Source of the DNA: Nageia nagi
Taxonomy: Eukaryota; Plantae; Pinophyta
Assembly: GCA_050084985.1 (NCBI GenBank)
Contig: JBITNC010000001.1
Location: forward strand, 163,060,001-163,124,000
Reading direction: 5' to 3'
DNA length: 64,000 nt
Shown: piece after piece, positions 1 to 12,242 of the stretch
How positions within the stretch are numbered: position 1 is the stretch's first letter
Layout of the letters: every line of letters begins with the position of its first letter
The notes under the pieces: generated by a model
The model's input: the letters and a program-made list of their open reading frames with translations, nothing else
Told to the model about the DNA's origin: nothing
Database searches by the model: none
Position numbers and translations under genes: made by a program

Positions 1-697
1 TTATAGATACATTTGTTCTTGAAATCTACCCCTTTTACATTGTTATATACTTATTATATTTCTTGTGGTACATTTACACCCTTTTTACAATATTATTTTT
101 TGATGCAATAAATATAAATTAATAATTAATAATAAATCATATTTAGGCATTTACATTTTACCCCTCTTTAGATATGTAATAAAAAGAATTGAAATTACAT
201 AATCTAAAGAATTAAAGAAGAAAAATATATGCTTGAAATTGAACCATTCTTTCTTGAACATTATTGATTTGATGTCCCTTTTTGACTTGGTTGCCCCTTG
301 CTCTAGCTTCTACAGGGTGATGAAGATAAAAATAATATGGGGGGAGATGATATTTTGAGGTTGCCCTAAGAATTCGCCAAAAACTCTCATCTTGAAGGAT
401 TGACGACACCTTTGGCTCTACTATCCAAGATGGCTTCCTTTGGCCATTACCCATGATGCAACGAGAAACTCTCCTCTCCTCTCTTAATGGATGGGGGTGA
501 TTCCTTCATTTTTGATACTAGGGAGTTCGTGAGTTCTTTGATAAGACAATTGGTGTATTGTTGTTGCAAGGAAGAAGGATGTGGGCATTATTGTTGCAAG
601 CTATGGAAAATGTTGATGTCATTCACTCACTTCTTTTTGGGTTCTAAGAAACTATGCTCTTAATTTCTTCCTTTCAATCTACTTTCCCACCATGTAA

Positions 698-865
698 CCA
701 CTGGTATCTATTAAAGCAATGAATCACCATTGGTATCTACAAGATAATGGCTAACATATCAATATTGGTATGTACCAAAGTAGTGATCAATAAAGAAACA
801 TTGGTATCTATCAAAGCAATGGCCAATGAGTCAGTATTAGAATCAACTAAAGCAGTGGCTAATAA
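698..865. repeat. Degenerate ~30-36 bp tandem repeat (5 units, core attggtatctaYYaaagcaatg)
   Basis: Units start near 698, 727, 763, 799 and 834; they explain the repetitive ORFs 737-922 and 747-929. Confidence 0.7.
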
Positions 866-945
866 GGTCTTGGAGATCCAAATGAAGCTCCTTCTTAGAT
901 CTTGCATAAAATCTTTCCCCAATGAATAAAATCCTTCAAAATAGT

Positions 946-955
946 GGGTTCACCA
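946..955 (-). promoter_or_regulatory. Primer binding site complementary to tRNA-Trp 3' end
   Basis: Plus strand GGGTTCACCA matches the 3' end of plant cytosolic tRNA-Trp (...GUCGGGUUCACCA, from memory), 3 nt from the LTR edge. The same arrangement (gagttcacca-aaa-TGTA) occurs at 22115-22131. Confidence 0.7.
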
Positions 956-1175
956 AAATGTAAACTATAAATAACCTCTTATCAACAGCTTCTAATTGGT
1001 CAACATCATATGGAATAACGACGTATTGGAATACGATTACTTTAGAACTGTCTGTAAATGACTGAAGGCCTAACACATAGGGGGTAGCATGTACATTATG
1101 TAGTCGCCTTAAATGAATCGAGAAGGGGAACTTTCTATATAAGAATTGGCAAGATATGCCTACTACTACTACTCT

Positions 1176-4100
1176 AGTAATTTTGAGCTAGCTTTCATAT
1201 TATTTGCAATTTTTTTGGGAGTTTGTTTAACATGACATATTTGACGTATGTGAGGCTTGAGCAATAAAACATACAAGTTTTGAGTAATTACCCTTTCCTA
1301 ATTAGACATTATTCCTCAACAAGATGGAAATGGGGACATACAAAATGACCTAAAAAATACAAACTTATATTTGTCTAGTATAAGCGGTTTGCATTTTTTA
1401 TTTTATTATAGCACCAAAACTTTACATAGAAGTGAACATCGAAAAAAATGTAGTAAGAGTTTAAATTGGTGGCTTAGGCTATTGTCTTTGATGCAAAACT
1501 AGTTTCAATCCATTGATGTTGCAGACACCCTCGTTCCATGAGTCTTTTACTTCTATTAGAAGTTATTCATATTATCGTTTGCATGCATTCATGAAGTCTT
1601 CTAAGCCTCCCTTGCATAGTATATGTCATACTTATTCATTTTGCTTGATCTCCTCTATTGAGATCGATTCTCTTCTTACCAAGTCTCTATCCATTTCTGA
1701 AATTATTATCTAAGAATTGGGTTTCAATTGTGAATTCCTTTTCTTCTTACCTCCTGAGCTCGTTTTCTTGGGTAAAGCTCTTGATTGTTTATCAACTCCT
1801 TCCCATAAATACTGCTAAGTGCTCCCTTATTATTCCAATTCAATTATACCAGTTATCATTGGCCCTCAATTCAAAATGATGAGTCCATCTCTTCACATGC
1901 TTCTGCACCTTGAAGCTTTCCATCAAATCTTTACTCACTTACCAAAACAAGTCTAGCAATTTTATTGTATAACTTAATTTTTTGTTAAAAACAAATAATC
2001 AAATACACCATTTATATTTATTTTTGGATGAACTTCTTGGAACATTAAAAGACTTATCTTATCTATTAATCTCCAACAAATGTTTTAAGAGTTTCTGTTG
2101 AGTGTTCCATGGCCAGATGCTATATTTCTCTTTTTAAACACTCGTATGGCACTGAACTTAAAAAGTAGCCTCTATCAAAATATAAGGTTCTCTGAAACTA
2201 TTAGATTTTTTGAATTTCTTATAGATGTTTCACTTCTTTAAGGCTAATCCATTATTGTTAACTACATTTTCATAAAAAAGTTGTATTGGAGATTCCATCC
2301 ATCTTTTAATTGTTTAGCAATAGAGCTTACATTAGAGAGGCATGCAACCTAGAGACACTTTCTATTACCTTTGAATTTTTTGTTAAGATACAGTTGCTTG
2401 TGTCCTTAAAGAAAGCGATTATTTTATGTTTGCAGTTTCTTCCATATTCACTCTTATGCATAAATATCCTCTTGTCAAGAGTCCCAATGACAATCCTCTT
2501 GTTTTCCAGTCATTGGGAATCTATAATACTTTTATTATATTATGACCTTGGAATTCAAACTACCATAAAATTGAAATTTTTTGACTCAACATTTGATGAT
2601 AAAATTGAGTAAAATATCTTAGTTCAACTTGGATTGTACTACTCTCACACAGCGGAGGGTCTTTAGCATTTGATGGATACCCTCGATTTGTTCAGCACCA
2701 AACAAGACTTGGTGGTTAATCTCAATAAAACCAGTATTGTGGTCTTCAACACCTCAAAGGCCATTGTTGATTAGACTCATATCACCTACAGATATAGGCC
2801 TATTGAGATCGCCACATCTTACACCTACCTGGGAGTGCTCTTCACGAGACCTTGATTCTTTATGCGAGCAATAGCCCCACCCAAAGTTCAACATGGATAT
2901 GCAGTAGTTTCCTCCATGGAGAGATAGTGTGCCTAGCTCCATTTCCAAGATATACCATCCAAGATCCAGTTATTCCACACCTTGGTCACTCCCAAAGTAT
3001 TATATGGCTTTGAGGTTTAGGGCCCTAGCTTGAGGAGCTCAGATTGGGCCACAATCGAGAGGCTCTTGGTTGGCACCTTATCCCGCTCTATTCAGAGCAA
3101 GAGGTATGTTCTGCACCACATTATGTTGGTAGATTTTGGATGCTAGCCTTTACAGATATGGTCCCTTGTATTGATGGTCCTCTTTTTTCGTATCTGCAAC
3201 TTTGCTTCTACAAGCTGAGATGATCGACTCCCCTACAAAGCCTTAGCATCGTCCATGGACTTGACAACTCAAGGTTGTCATTGGTGTTGATTCTTTGAGG
3301 TCTCTAAGGCATTGCAATGCTTTGGGATTTCATCTGACCAATTACCTATACCCCAGAAAGACACTGATAAAGACTCTAATGTTACATTGGCCTCGATTGG
3401 AGACATGATTTACAGGGCCTATATTCAGCGCACTCGGGTTACCCCCCAATCTCCCCTCACACCCAAGTTGTTGCACTATTCATCACTTCTTGAGGATTGA
3501 CAAAGGGTTGATTTGACCTCCTGCTTACGTCAATTCATAGCTTCTTATTGGCTTACGGATGTCCCTAGGCCAATTCAAAGTGTGCTCCAATTAGCTTCGG
3601 ATTGAGTCGGATCACCACTTATCACGTGAGCTTCAAATCTATTGGCTGTGTTTGATAGAGCCTGATACTGAAGATCATTTCATTTTCCGATGCTCGATTT
3701 ATTATGAGATTTGGGAGTGGTACCACTATCTTTTTCAAGATGCACATAGCTCAATCTCGACATTCTTCCAATTTCCATACCATCGATGTTTAGCACTTTA
3801 TCTCAAAGAGACTTTCCTTCTTAAGAAGCATCTATTATCTGAATCTCAGCACCTAAAAAGGGATCACTTGATTACCTCTTTCTTCTCGATGGCCTCAAGA
3901 GAGGGTAGAGGATTGACGACCCACCTCAGCATACTTGACGTACTAGACAGAGGGTGCAAGTTGACCTTAACTCTATGAGGTCGTAGCGAATCATGACCTT
4001 TAGCTACAGCAACGTCGATACAAACACATATCAGTCCAGAAGTGCACAGTCAAATAGATCATGAGAAACCTCCTCTTTGACCATGTTTGCTCCTTATGCT

Positions 4101-4577
4101 TCTTTGTTCGACTATTTATCCTCTTATAAGGACTATTCCCTATATTATTTTTAGATTTTTAGTTTGCTTTGAATGAGGGCCATTAAGCCCTTCATGTTGC
4201 TTTCGACTTGTACACTCTTCAATCCCATTGACCACTTTTAGTCATCCGTGGACATTAATATAATTTTTTTCTTTCTATGATGAAATAAGAACTTCATCAA
4301 TAGTAATTTTGAGCTAGCTTTCACATTATTTATAATATTTTTTTAAGTTTGTTTAACATGACACATTTGAAGTATGTGAGACTTGAGAAACAAAACATAC
4401 AAGTTTCTAGTAATTACCCTTTTCTAATTAGACATTATTCTTCACATGTTTCCTCGACAAGATGGAAATGGGGACATACATAATGACCTAAAAATTTCAA
4501 ACTTATATTTAACTATTATAAGTGGTTTGCATGTTTTATTTTATTAGAGCACCAAAACTTTACATAGAAGTGAACAC
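1176..4577. repeat. Composite templated insertion: inverted copy of ~9993-10292, direct copy of ~8456-8912, inverted copy of ~10018-11110 (the last later interrupted by a LINE)
   Basis: For example, 1321 aagatggaaatggggacata is the reverse complement of 10118-10137; 1466-1940 aligns with 8460-8910; 1941-2638 plus 4275-4577 align with the reverse complement of 11110-10018. Confidence 0.85.
2639..4274 (+). mobile_element. 5'-truncated RTE/RTEX-like LINE (RT C-terminus, C-terminal Cys/His motif, 3' UTR), degenerate
   Basis: Translations include YTYLGVLF, VLYGFEV*GP and 'WLCLIEPDTEDHFIFRCSIYYEI'. It interrupts sequence that is contiguous at ~10315-10330 and ends cccattgaccacttttagtca...attaatataat plus a T/C-rich tail. 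Confidence 0.75.
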
Positions 4578-5699
4578 CACTCCACTAGATGCATATACCA
4601 GAGCATCTACATCGTTGCTTGCATATGGAATATCTTGCTTTGATCTTTTATAAATGCATGTGTTCTTAATATTTACACCTTTTATATTATTATCTACTCA
4701 TTACATTATTTGTGGTGTATATACAACCTTTTTACGATATTATTTCTTGATGCAATAAATATGAATTATTAATTAATAATAAATCATATTTAGGCATCTA
4801 CATTAAGATTAGGATAATCTCTTATTAACTAATAATATTTTTTTATTCTCATAAAAGTTTGGAAAGCTATGGAGAGTAATATATTTTAAGTTATCAAAAA
4901 TGGAGATATATTATTTGATAATGTATTTAAATATCATTGATGTAAGACATTTGGTCACTACTAAGATATTGTGTAAATAATGACTCTCAGTATTGGATTA
5001 AATTCCTTGTGATGTTTACTTGGGCTATAGGTCTTCATTGGGTAAAGAGGTGAGTGAAGAAAGAGGTACATGGATTAATTTGGTAAAAAAAATGTAATGT
5101 AACGAGAAAACAAAACTTAGAGCTTTGCTAAAGATATTGCATGTAAATAATTGAAAATTAATAAAGTGTTCTATGTTGAAGGATCGATAGCTTAGTTATC
5201 AAAGTGGGTTGCCTCAAAAGATTTCCCCATTATAAGTTAAAATTTGATGTTATCTAAAATTTTGTGTGGATGGCCTTGTGTTGTCCTTAATTATTGTTAT
5301 ATTTCACTTGATTATTGAGTAATTTTAAAAGGGTAAAATATAAGAGAAGAATAATTAGTCATTTTTAAGGTGTTATTCATTAATTAAGATCAAGACAAGA
5401 TAATTAATGAATAATTGTTGATAGAATTGATTCAGTAAAATTGATGGTTGATATTATAAGTAGAGACTAAATGGATACAAGTAATAGTATAAGTATTATA
5501 AATAATTTCTTAACGTTTTAAATATTGAAAGAGAATAGAACAATCTTAACCATTATTATGGCCAATCAAAGGTTAAAATAATCAAAGTAATTATAAATAG
5601 AATCATTATGTAGGTTTTTTTTAATTAATGGGTCAATTGTATTAATCAAAAAAGTATAGAGTTTTAAAGGATATCCACAAACCTTTACAAAAGAACAAT

Positions 5700-8660
5700 G
5701 TTAAGTTTTTTAGACATGCATTAGGATTATAAATATTCTATTTTTGCTTTTACCCTAAATGCTTTCCACAAGTATTTGCATCAGAACAAGACTTAGAGAA
5801 CCTTTTATCCTATCTTAGAAATGAAATATACTACCATATTTAGTTGAAAATGATTACAAAGAGTTTGTATGTAAGACTACCATCCAAAAGTTCATTGCTC
5901 CTCTAACTAGTTTGCTTCATTATGTTTTTTTCAAGCTTTGTTGCATTCTGATCTCCTTATCAACCATATGTAGGAACAGAGGACATGTTGTTGTAGTTCC
6001 TCTTGAAAAAGGTGTTGTACATATGTTCCTCCATAATTTGGCTAAACTTTGGATTCTTCCCTTTTTCATCAAACAATGGGCTCAATTCACCTTGTCATTT
6101 AATTACTTCCTCTAGCATTAGGTTGTATAGCTCCACATCTTTGTTTGTCCTTAGAGGAATACATTTAGGTTGTCTATTAATCCCTTCCTTTGGTGTAATT
6201 AGGACTACTTGAACCTTAGAAACTAGTGTCATTGAGTCTGGTGCAATGCTACTTTGAGCTATGTCATTCATCTTAACGTTAACCCTTTGCTTAACTATAA
6301 ACTTTTGAGGTAATTCCTCTTCCTCTAGCACTATAGTTTGGATTTGAGGTGTTTATATTCCTCTTTCTTTCTTTCTTTCCTCCTAAGATCATTTTTTTGT
6401 GTAAAGCTCTTGATAGTTTATCAACTTAGGAGGCAGCACCACCCCGAGGATGACGAGGATATGCAGCAATCTCCTCCCTAGTGAGATAATGCGTCCAGCT
6501 CCATTTCCAGGATATCTCATCTAAGCTCCAGCTATTCCACACTTTGGTCACTCCCACGGTACTATATAGTTCTGAGGTTTGGGGCCCTAGCTTGAGGAGC
6601 TCGGATTGGGCCATAGTTGAGAGGATCTTGGTTGGCACCCTATCTCACTCTATTCGAATCAAGAGGTCTGTTCTGCACCACATTATGCTAGTAGAGTTTG
6701 GCTGACAACCTTTACAAATACGGTCCCTTGCATTGATGGTCCTTTTTCTTCATCGTCTCCATACCTTTGCTTCTACTGCTAGAGATTATCGACTCCCCTA
6801 CGAAGCCTTGGAGTCATCCAAGGACTGTGAGAATTGAAATATAACATAAACAACCCTATACTACCAAGATCTCATGAAAGCTCAAACTCACGGGACATGA
6901 CCTTCTTTAGCTACAGCAACGCCGATGCAAACATCGAATAATCCAAGAGTGCACAATCAGATAGCTCATGAGAGACCTCCATCTTGACCATGTTTGCTCC
7001 TAATGCTTCTTTGTTCAACTATTTACTTCCTTTTAGGGATTAGTCCCTATATTGTTCCTAGACTTTTTAGTTTTGCTTTGAGTGCAGGCTACTGAGCCTA
7101 TCATGCTACTTTAGACTTGTATACTTTTCAATCGCATTGACCGCTTTTGGTCATATGTGGACATTAATATAATCTCATTCTTTCTTTGTTCTATCTCCCT
7201 TGCTTTGCTTCTAGTTCTTTTTGTAATGGTGATTTTTGTGTCCTTCCCTACATTGTCCATGTTGCAGTTTGACTATGCCCCATTTTCTTACTCCTACATT
7301 TTCATCTTTGCTTTTATAATGCCCTCCATTTGCTTATTCTCCTTCTTTTGTGCAAAATACCTTTGAGGTTTTTCACTTTAAATACCTCTCACTTTGTGTC
7401 TTCTTTTGTTGTTCTTTTCACTTTGTCATTTTGCATGTCTCCAGCAGTCTCATTGGGTTTTTCCCTATTTTGTACCTCTTGTGCCTCCTTTTGAATTTCT
7501 TCCATAATTGTTTTCAATTCCTAGTCTTCCTCTTGATTAACCTCTTCATCCCTAGTTTCCTCTTCATGCTCCTAGTTTGCCTTTGGGAAAATTGAGTTTT
7601 TACCTCAATGCTACTCTTTTTGGCCTTTACTCCTGTTTGCTTTTTCTCTTGAGCAAAATTGGTCCGTTTTTTCCACAAATTCTTTGCTTCCAAAAGGGTT
7701 TTCGCTACTATTCTTTCTTCTGTCGTTCTCTTAACCATTTCCCCCATCTCTTTACTATGCTTAGTTCCTTCATGCATTGATATTGCATTCTCCTCCCCAT
7801 TATCTTCCTCCTCCATGCTCACTTTTCTTTTCCCTTTATCCTCTTTCTATCTTGTGGCCTTTGTTTGTATGGGTTTGTTCTTTGGAGCGAAATCCTTACT
7901 CGAATCTCCTTTCTCTTCCATGGACCTCTTCTCCACCTTCTTGGACTTCAATACCCTCACCAATGGCATATTCTCATCTTCCTTAGAGATTTCTAACCCA
8001 ACATTTTGTTCTCCCTTGTATAATAGACTTTACCCCCCAGTAAAATTCTCACCCTAGACATCCTCCTGAGGCTACTTGTCAAAGCTCTTTCATAAACCAA
8101 TTTGATCACTCCGTCATGAAGCGGCCATTTAATTAAATTCGCTTTGAATTTTCTTATTGAATTGCTCAGAGAATTGAAAATGAAGAAGTCAAAATTTACT
8201 TTATCTATTTTTGGAAAAGCGAAATGGTTTATGAGACTCAAGTGAGAAAAAAGGATTTTGTACCTTCTTTCCATAGTGATATATTTGATAAGGGCATTGG
8301 ACACTTCCTTCCATGGCTCTAGGATGTAATTTTTCGAAACCCCTATTTGATTATTATCCAAGCTATCCCCTTGCATAAAGGTTTGCACAAACTTGTCTTT
8401 GGCTACAAGCTTGTTAATTTTGCCCTCTTTCCTTACTTCTATTCCTGCATTTGGTAAATTGGTGGCTTGGGTTATTGTCTTTGATGAGAAAACTAGTTCC
8501 AATCCATTGATGTTGTAGACACCCTCGTTCCATGAGCCTGTCACTTCTACTAAAATTTGTTCATCTTATCCCCTGCATGCATTCATGAAGTCTTCTAAAC
8601 CTCTCTCATTTCACTTGGTTTCCTCCATTGAGCTTAATTTTCTTCTTACCAAGTCTCCAC
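5700..8660 (-). pseudogene. Decayed TE-associated accessory ORF (7993-8544 domain followed by Lys/Glu-rich low-complexity ORFs), interrupted by a LINE
   Basis: The 183-aa ORF with 'EPWKEVSNALIKYITMERRYKILFSHLSLINHF...VNFDFFIFNSL...HDGVIKLVY' resembles repeat-derived ORFs I recall from conifer genomes. Same-strand fragments at 7514-7822 and 6095-6331. The family cannot be assigned from sequence alone. Confidence 0.45.
6427..7185 (+). mobile_element. Internally deleted RTE/RTEX-like LINE copy
   Basis: 6455-6825 aligns with ~2895-3262 and 6895-7172 with ~3990-4263, joined by ~65 bp of unrelated filler. Same 3' terminus as the 2639-4274 copy. Confidence 0.75.
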
Positions 8661-11600
8661 CCATTTTCTGAAACTGTTGTCTGAAAATTGAGTTTCAATT
8701 GTGGATTCCTTTTCTTCTTGCCTCCTGAGCTCGTTTTGCCATGTAAAGCTCTTGATTGTTATCAACTCCTTCCCACAGATAGTGCTAAGTGCCCCCTTAT
8801 GATTCCAGTTCAATTATACCAGCTGTCACTAGCCCTCAATTCAAAATGATGAGTCCATCTCTTCACATGCTTCTGCAACTTGAAGCCTTCCATCAAATCT
8901 CAACTCACGTACTTTCCATAATTACAATTGCAACATCATTCTAAAATCACATTAAGGTCTTCAAAATACCCCTTGTTCAATTCCCAAAGGTCCAATTGAA
9001 GTCCATTTGATGTGGACTCCTTTGAGGCCTCACATGTTTTGAGTCTCATCACTCTTAAAAGGCCAAATATTGCTTAAAATCTATTTCAGATTCAATTCCT
9101 TTTCCAGCTTAAAGAGTTTTTAATGGACGTATAGTTTCAAACTTCTCTCTAATCAAGCATTCTTCTCTTTATATTTAGCTACAAGGTCGAGTATACATTT
9201 TCTTATCTTATTTCAATGTTGTATTCTTCTAAAAGATACTTAGCTTGTTATTTATCCCCTACCTCCTCGCATCACCATGGAGATAACCTTACGATGATCT
9301 GATAGTTGATCATATAGTCAAGGTATGTAGATAAACGCAGGTGTGATATAAATAAGGACTCACTAAAATGTGCAAAAACATCTTTGGTTAAGGTTATGTG
9401 ACCAAGTTAATAAAAAATAGGTTTGCGTAACAATTATGAATCAGTATACTAACCTTAGTTACAAGCCTTCGAGGGAAAGAAATGTAACTATTGAAAGTAC
9501 TCTTATGGGAGAAAACTCTTTAGAAAAGGTTCTATTTCCTAGTATAAAAATATATATACCTCCTCCAGTCAGATGGATCGTTACACTGTCCACAATGATT
9601 ATGCTTTCAAACAGTTGGTAAAATAGAACAGGCTGGGAAACAAAATTGAAGATTTGTCGTCTGAGCGTGAACAGCGCTCAACTACCAAAGAAGCAATAGT
9701 AAAATGTAGGATTACTGGGGCTCAGTAGACGAGGCAAACATGGATTGAAAACCATGGAGCAGCATGTAGAGGATATCCGAACTGAACACTGATCCTCAAG
9801 ACCCTCAGAATGGCAAACCAACAAAAGATTCAAGATCTTCAAAGAAGACAAGCTAGCTCCAAATGTTGTCACAGTTGGCATACTTCATAGCACATTCATG
9901 GCTTGGAATTAGGAAATGTCAAATCTTATACTATCATACATGGCTAGTTCTTGACTACATAGTACTTTCTTCCGTACTGCAAGCATGTATAGCTTTAGAC
10001 CCTTACTGCATTTGTTGCGGTGTTCACTTCTATGTAAAGATTTGGTGCTATAATAAAATCAAAAATGCAAACCCCTTATACTGATAGATATAAGTTAGAA
10101 TTTTTTAGGTCATTGTGTATGTCCCCATTTCCATCTTGTTGAGGAAACAAGTTAAGAATAATGTCTAATTAGAAAAGAAGAATTAGTAGAAACTTGTACG
10201 TTTTGTTGTTCAAGCCTCGCATACTTCAAATGTGTCATGTTAAAGAAACTGCCAGAAAAATTGCAAATAATGTGAAGCTAGCTCACAATTACTATTGATG
10301 AAGTTCTTATTTCGTCATAGAGAACAATCCAAGTTGAACTAAGACGTTTTACTCAACTTTATCATCAAATATTGAGTCAAAAAATTTCAACCAATGGTAG
10401 TTTTAATTCCAAGGTCATAATATAACAAAAGTATTATACATTCCCAATGACTGGGAAACAAGAGGACTGTCACTGGGACTCTTGACAAGAGCATATTCAT
10501 GCATAAGAGTGAAGATGGAAGAAACTGCAAACATAAAATAATGGATTTCTTTTAAGGACACAAGCAACAGTATCTTGACAGAAAATTCAATGGTAATGGA
10601 AAGTGTCTCTAGGTTGCATGCCTCTCCAATGTAAGCGCTATTGCTAAAATATAAAAAAATTGTCAGTAAACCAAGCCTATGGTACCAACAGAAAAGAAAT
10701 ACTACACACAAAAACTTAAAAAGATGGCTGAAATCTACTGTACAGCTTTTTCTACCAGAATGTAGTTACCAATAATGGATTAGCCTTGAAGAGGTTAAAC
10801 ATCTATCAGAGTCTCAGAAAATCTAAAAGTTTGCAGAGAGCCCAATATTTTGATAAAGTTCACTTTTCAAGTTCAGTGCAATATGTGTCTACAAAGAGAA
10901 ATATAGCATCTGCCCTGGAACACCCAACAGAAACTCTTACAAAGCATTTGTTGAAGATTAAGAGATAAGTCATGTAACGTTCTTTAAACCCAATGGTTTG
11001 TAGGATCTATCAAAGTTCATCCAGAAATAAATATAAATCAGTTATGTATTTGAATGTATGTTTCTAACATAATTAAGTTGTGCAATAAAATTATCAAACT
11101 TGTTTTGGTTATCTTGATTTGAAAATTCAAAGATGAAACCATAGTTACAAATATTTTTATAGCCTAGGTTTGTCTGATGTTTTTATAAAGTATGAAAAAA
11201 AATGAGTTTTATCTTCTATGCATTTAGGTTACAAAGTTTACAAATCTTTTTATGTCAAATGTTTTAGGTATTATCCATCTACCGGTTTCACTATGCAATT
11301 CATGTGAATTATAATCTAAGCATTTTCAGTTAGCTACGACATATAATTAGATGACAAAAAATTTCATAGGGAATTAAGCAGTCACTGTAGTCACTGAAAA
11401 GTCTTTAAAGATTGTAGCCGTATGCTGCATCAAACCAATAATCTGTTAAGCATTGCTAGAGCAATTCAAAGCAACATCATATATCCAATTTCACTTGAAA
11501 CGCTTAAAATCCCTACATCAAGCCACACTCCAGAAAAGTAGATAACATGTTCTGCTAAAATTTCTAACCTTCTATTATCAAGCACAAAACAAGAAGAAAA

Positions 11601-12242
11601 ATGCATTGATTGCTATGCTTTAAAATGAGGGTTACCATAAAAGTTCTGGTACCTATGAAATGAGATTATTTATTCAGTTCCCACTTTGTTCATTAACACA
11701 ATTGATAAAAGCATGTACAAATTTATGAGAAGTCACAAAAAATTATCACAAACAGGATTCAACAGTCCATATACATTGCACAGCATCAAATTTAATTATC
11801 TACTACACTGTAAATAATGAAAAATTAATGTAAAGCCACTCTTCATGCCTTGGGAGAATCCCAATCTGCACATCTTAAGTACACTGATAAAGGCCATTTT
11901 GCATTCTAGATAACGCTGTCTCATTCTGTGTGCGTATACCTCAGGTCATGATACATAGCAATTCCCGGTTAAGGTAGACAGTATCCACACCGTCAGTAAG
12001 GTAGGCGGGGGGATTTTTGCATGCTAAATAGGACCTTTGCGAGATTTAGGGTTTTTCTGGAGATGGGTATTGCTACTCATCAAAATACAGAAGAAGCCAA
12101 TCCGTTCCTTAATAATTCTCTCGATATATTATATACTATAGCGAAAACTTCGAATCAAGTCTGTGCTCTACAAGAAAGAAGGAGAAAAAACAAAAGCAGC
12201 CCACTTACAGCTACAATTACATTAATCCTGATAATCTTAGCC

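Larger units (their letters stand above)
1..4802 (-). mobile_element. Short non-autonomous LTR retroelement (Tat-related, TRIM/LARD-like); 3' LTR 1-155 (truncated by window), internal ~156-958, 5' LTR 959-1175 + 4578-4802 split by an insertion
   Basis: 1-155 aligns with ~4648-4802 (both end ...aaatcatatttaggcatYtaca). PPT complement ttttacccctcttt at 156-169. PBS complement gggttcacca at 946-955 followed by aaa-TGTA. Sequence next to the PPT resembles 15004-15150 of the Tat element. No gag/pol in the ~0.8 kb internal part. Confidence 0.75.

Noticed and set aside
7157-8057. Plus-strand Phe/Leu/Ser-rich ORFs resembling membrane proteins
   Set aside because: Antisense of purine-rich Lys/Glu low-complexity sequence.
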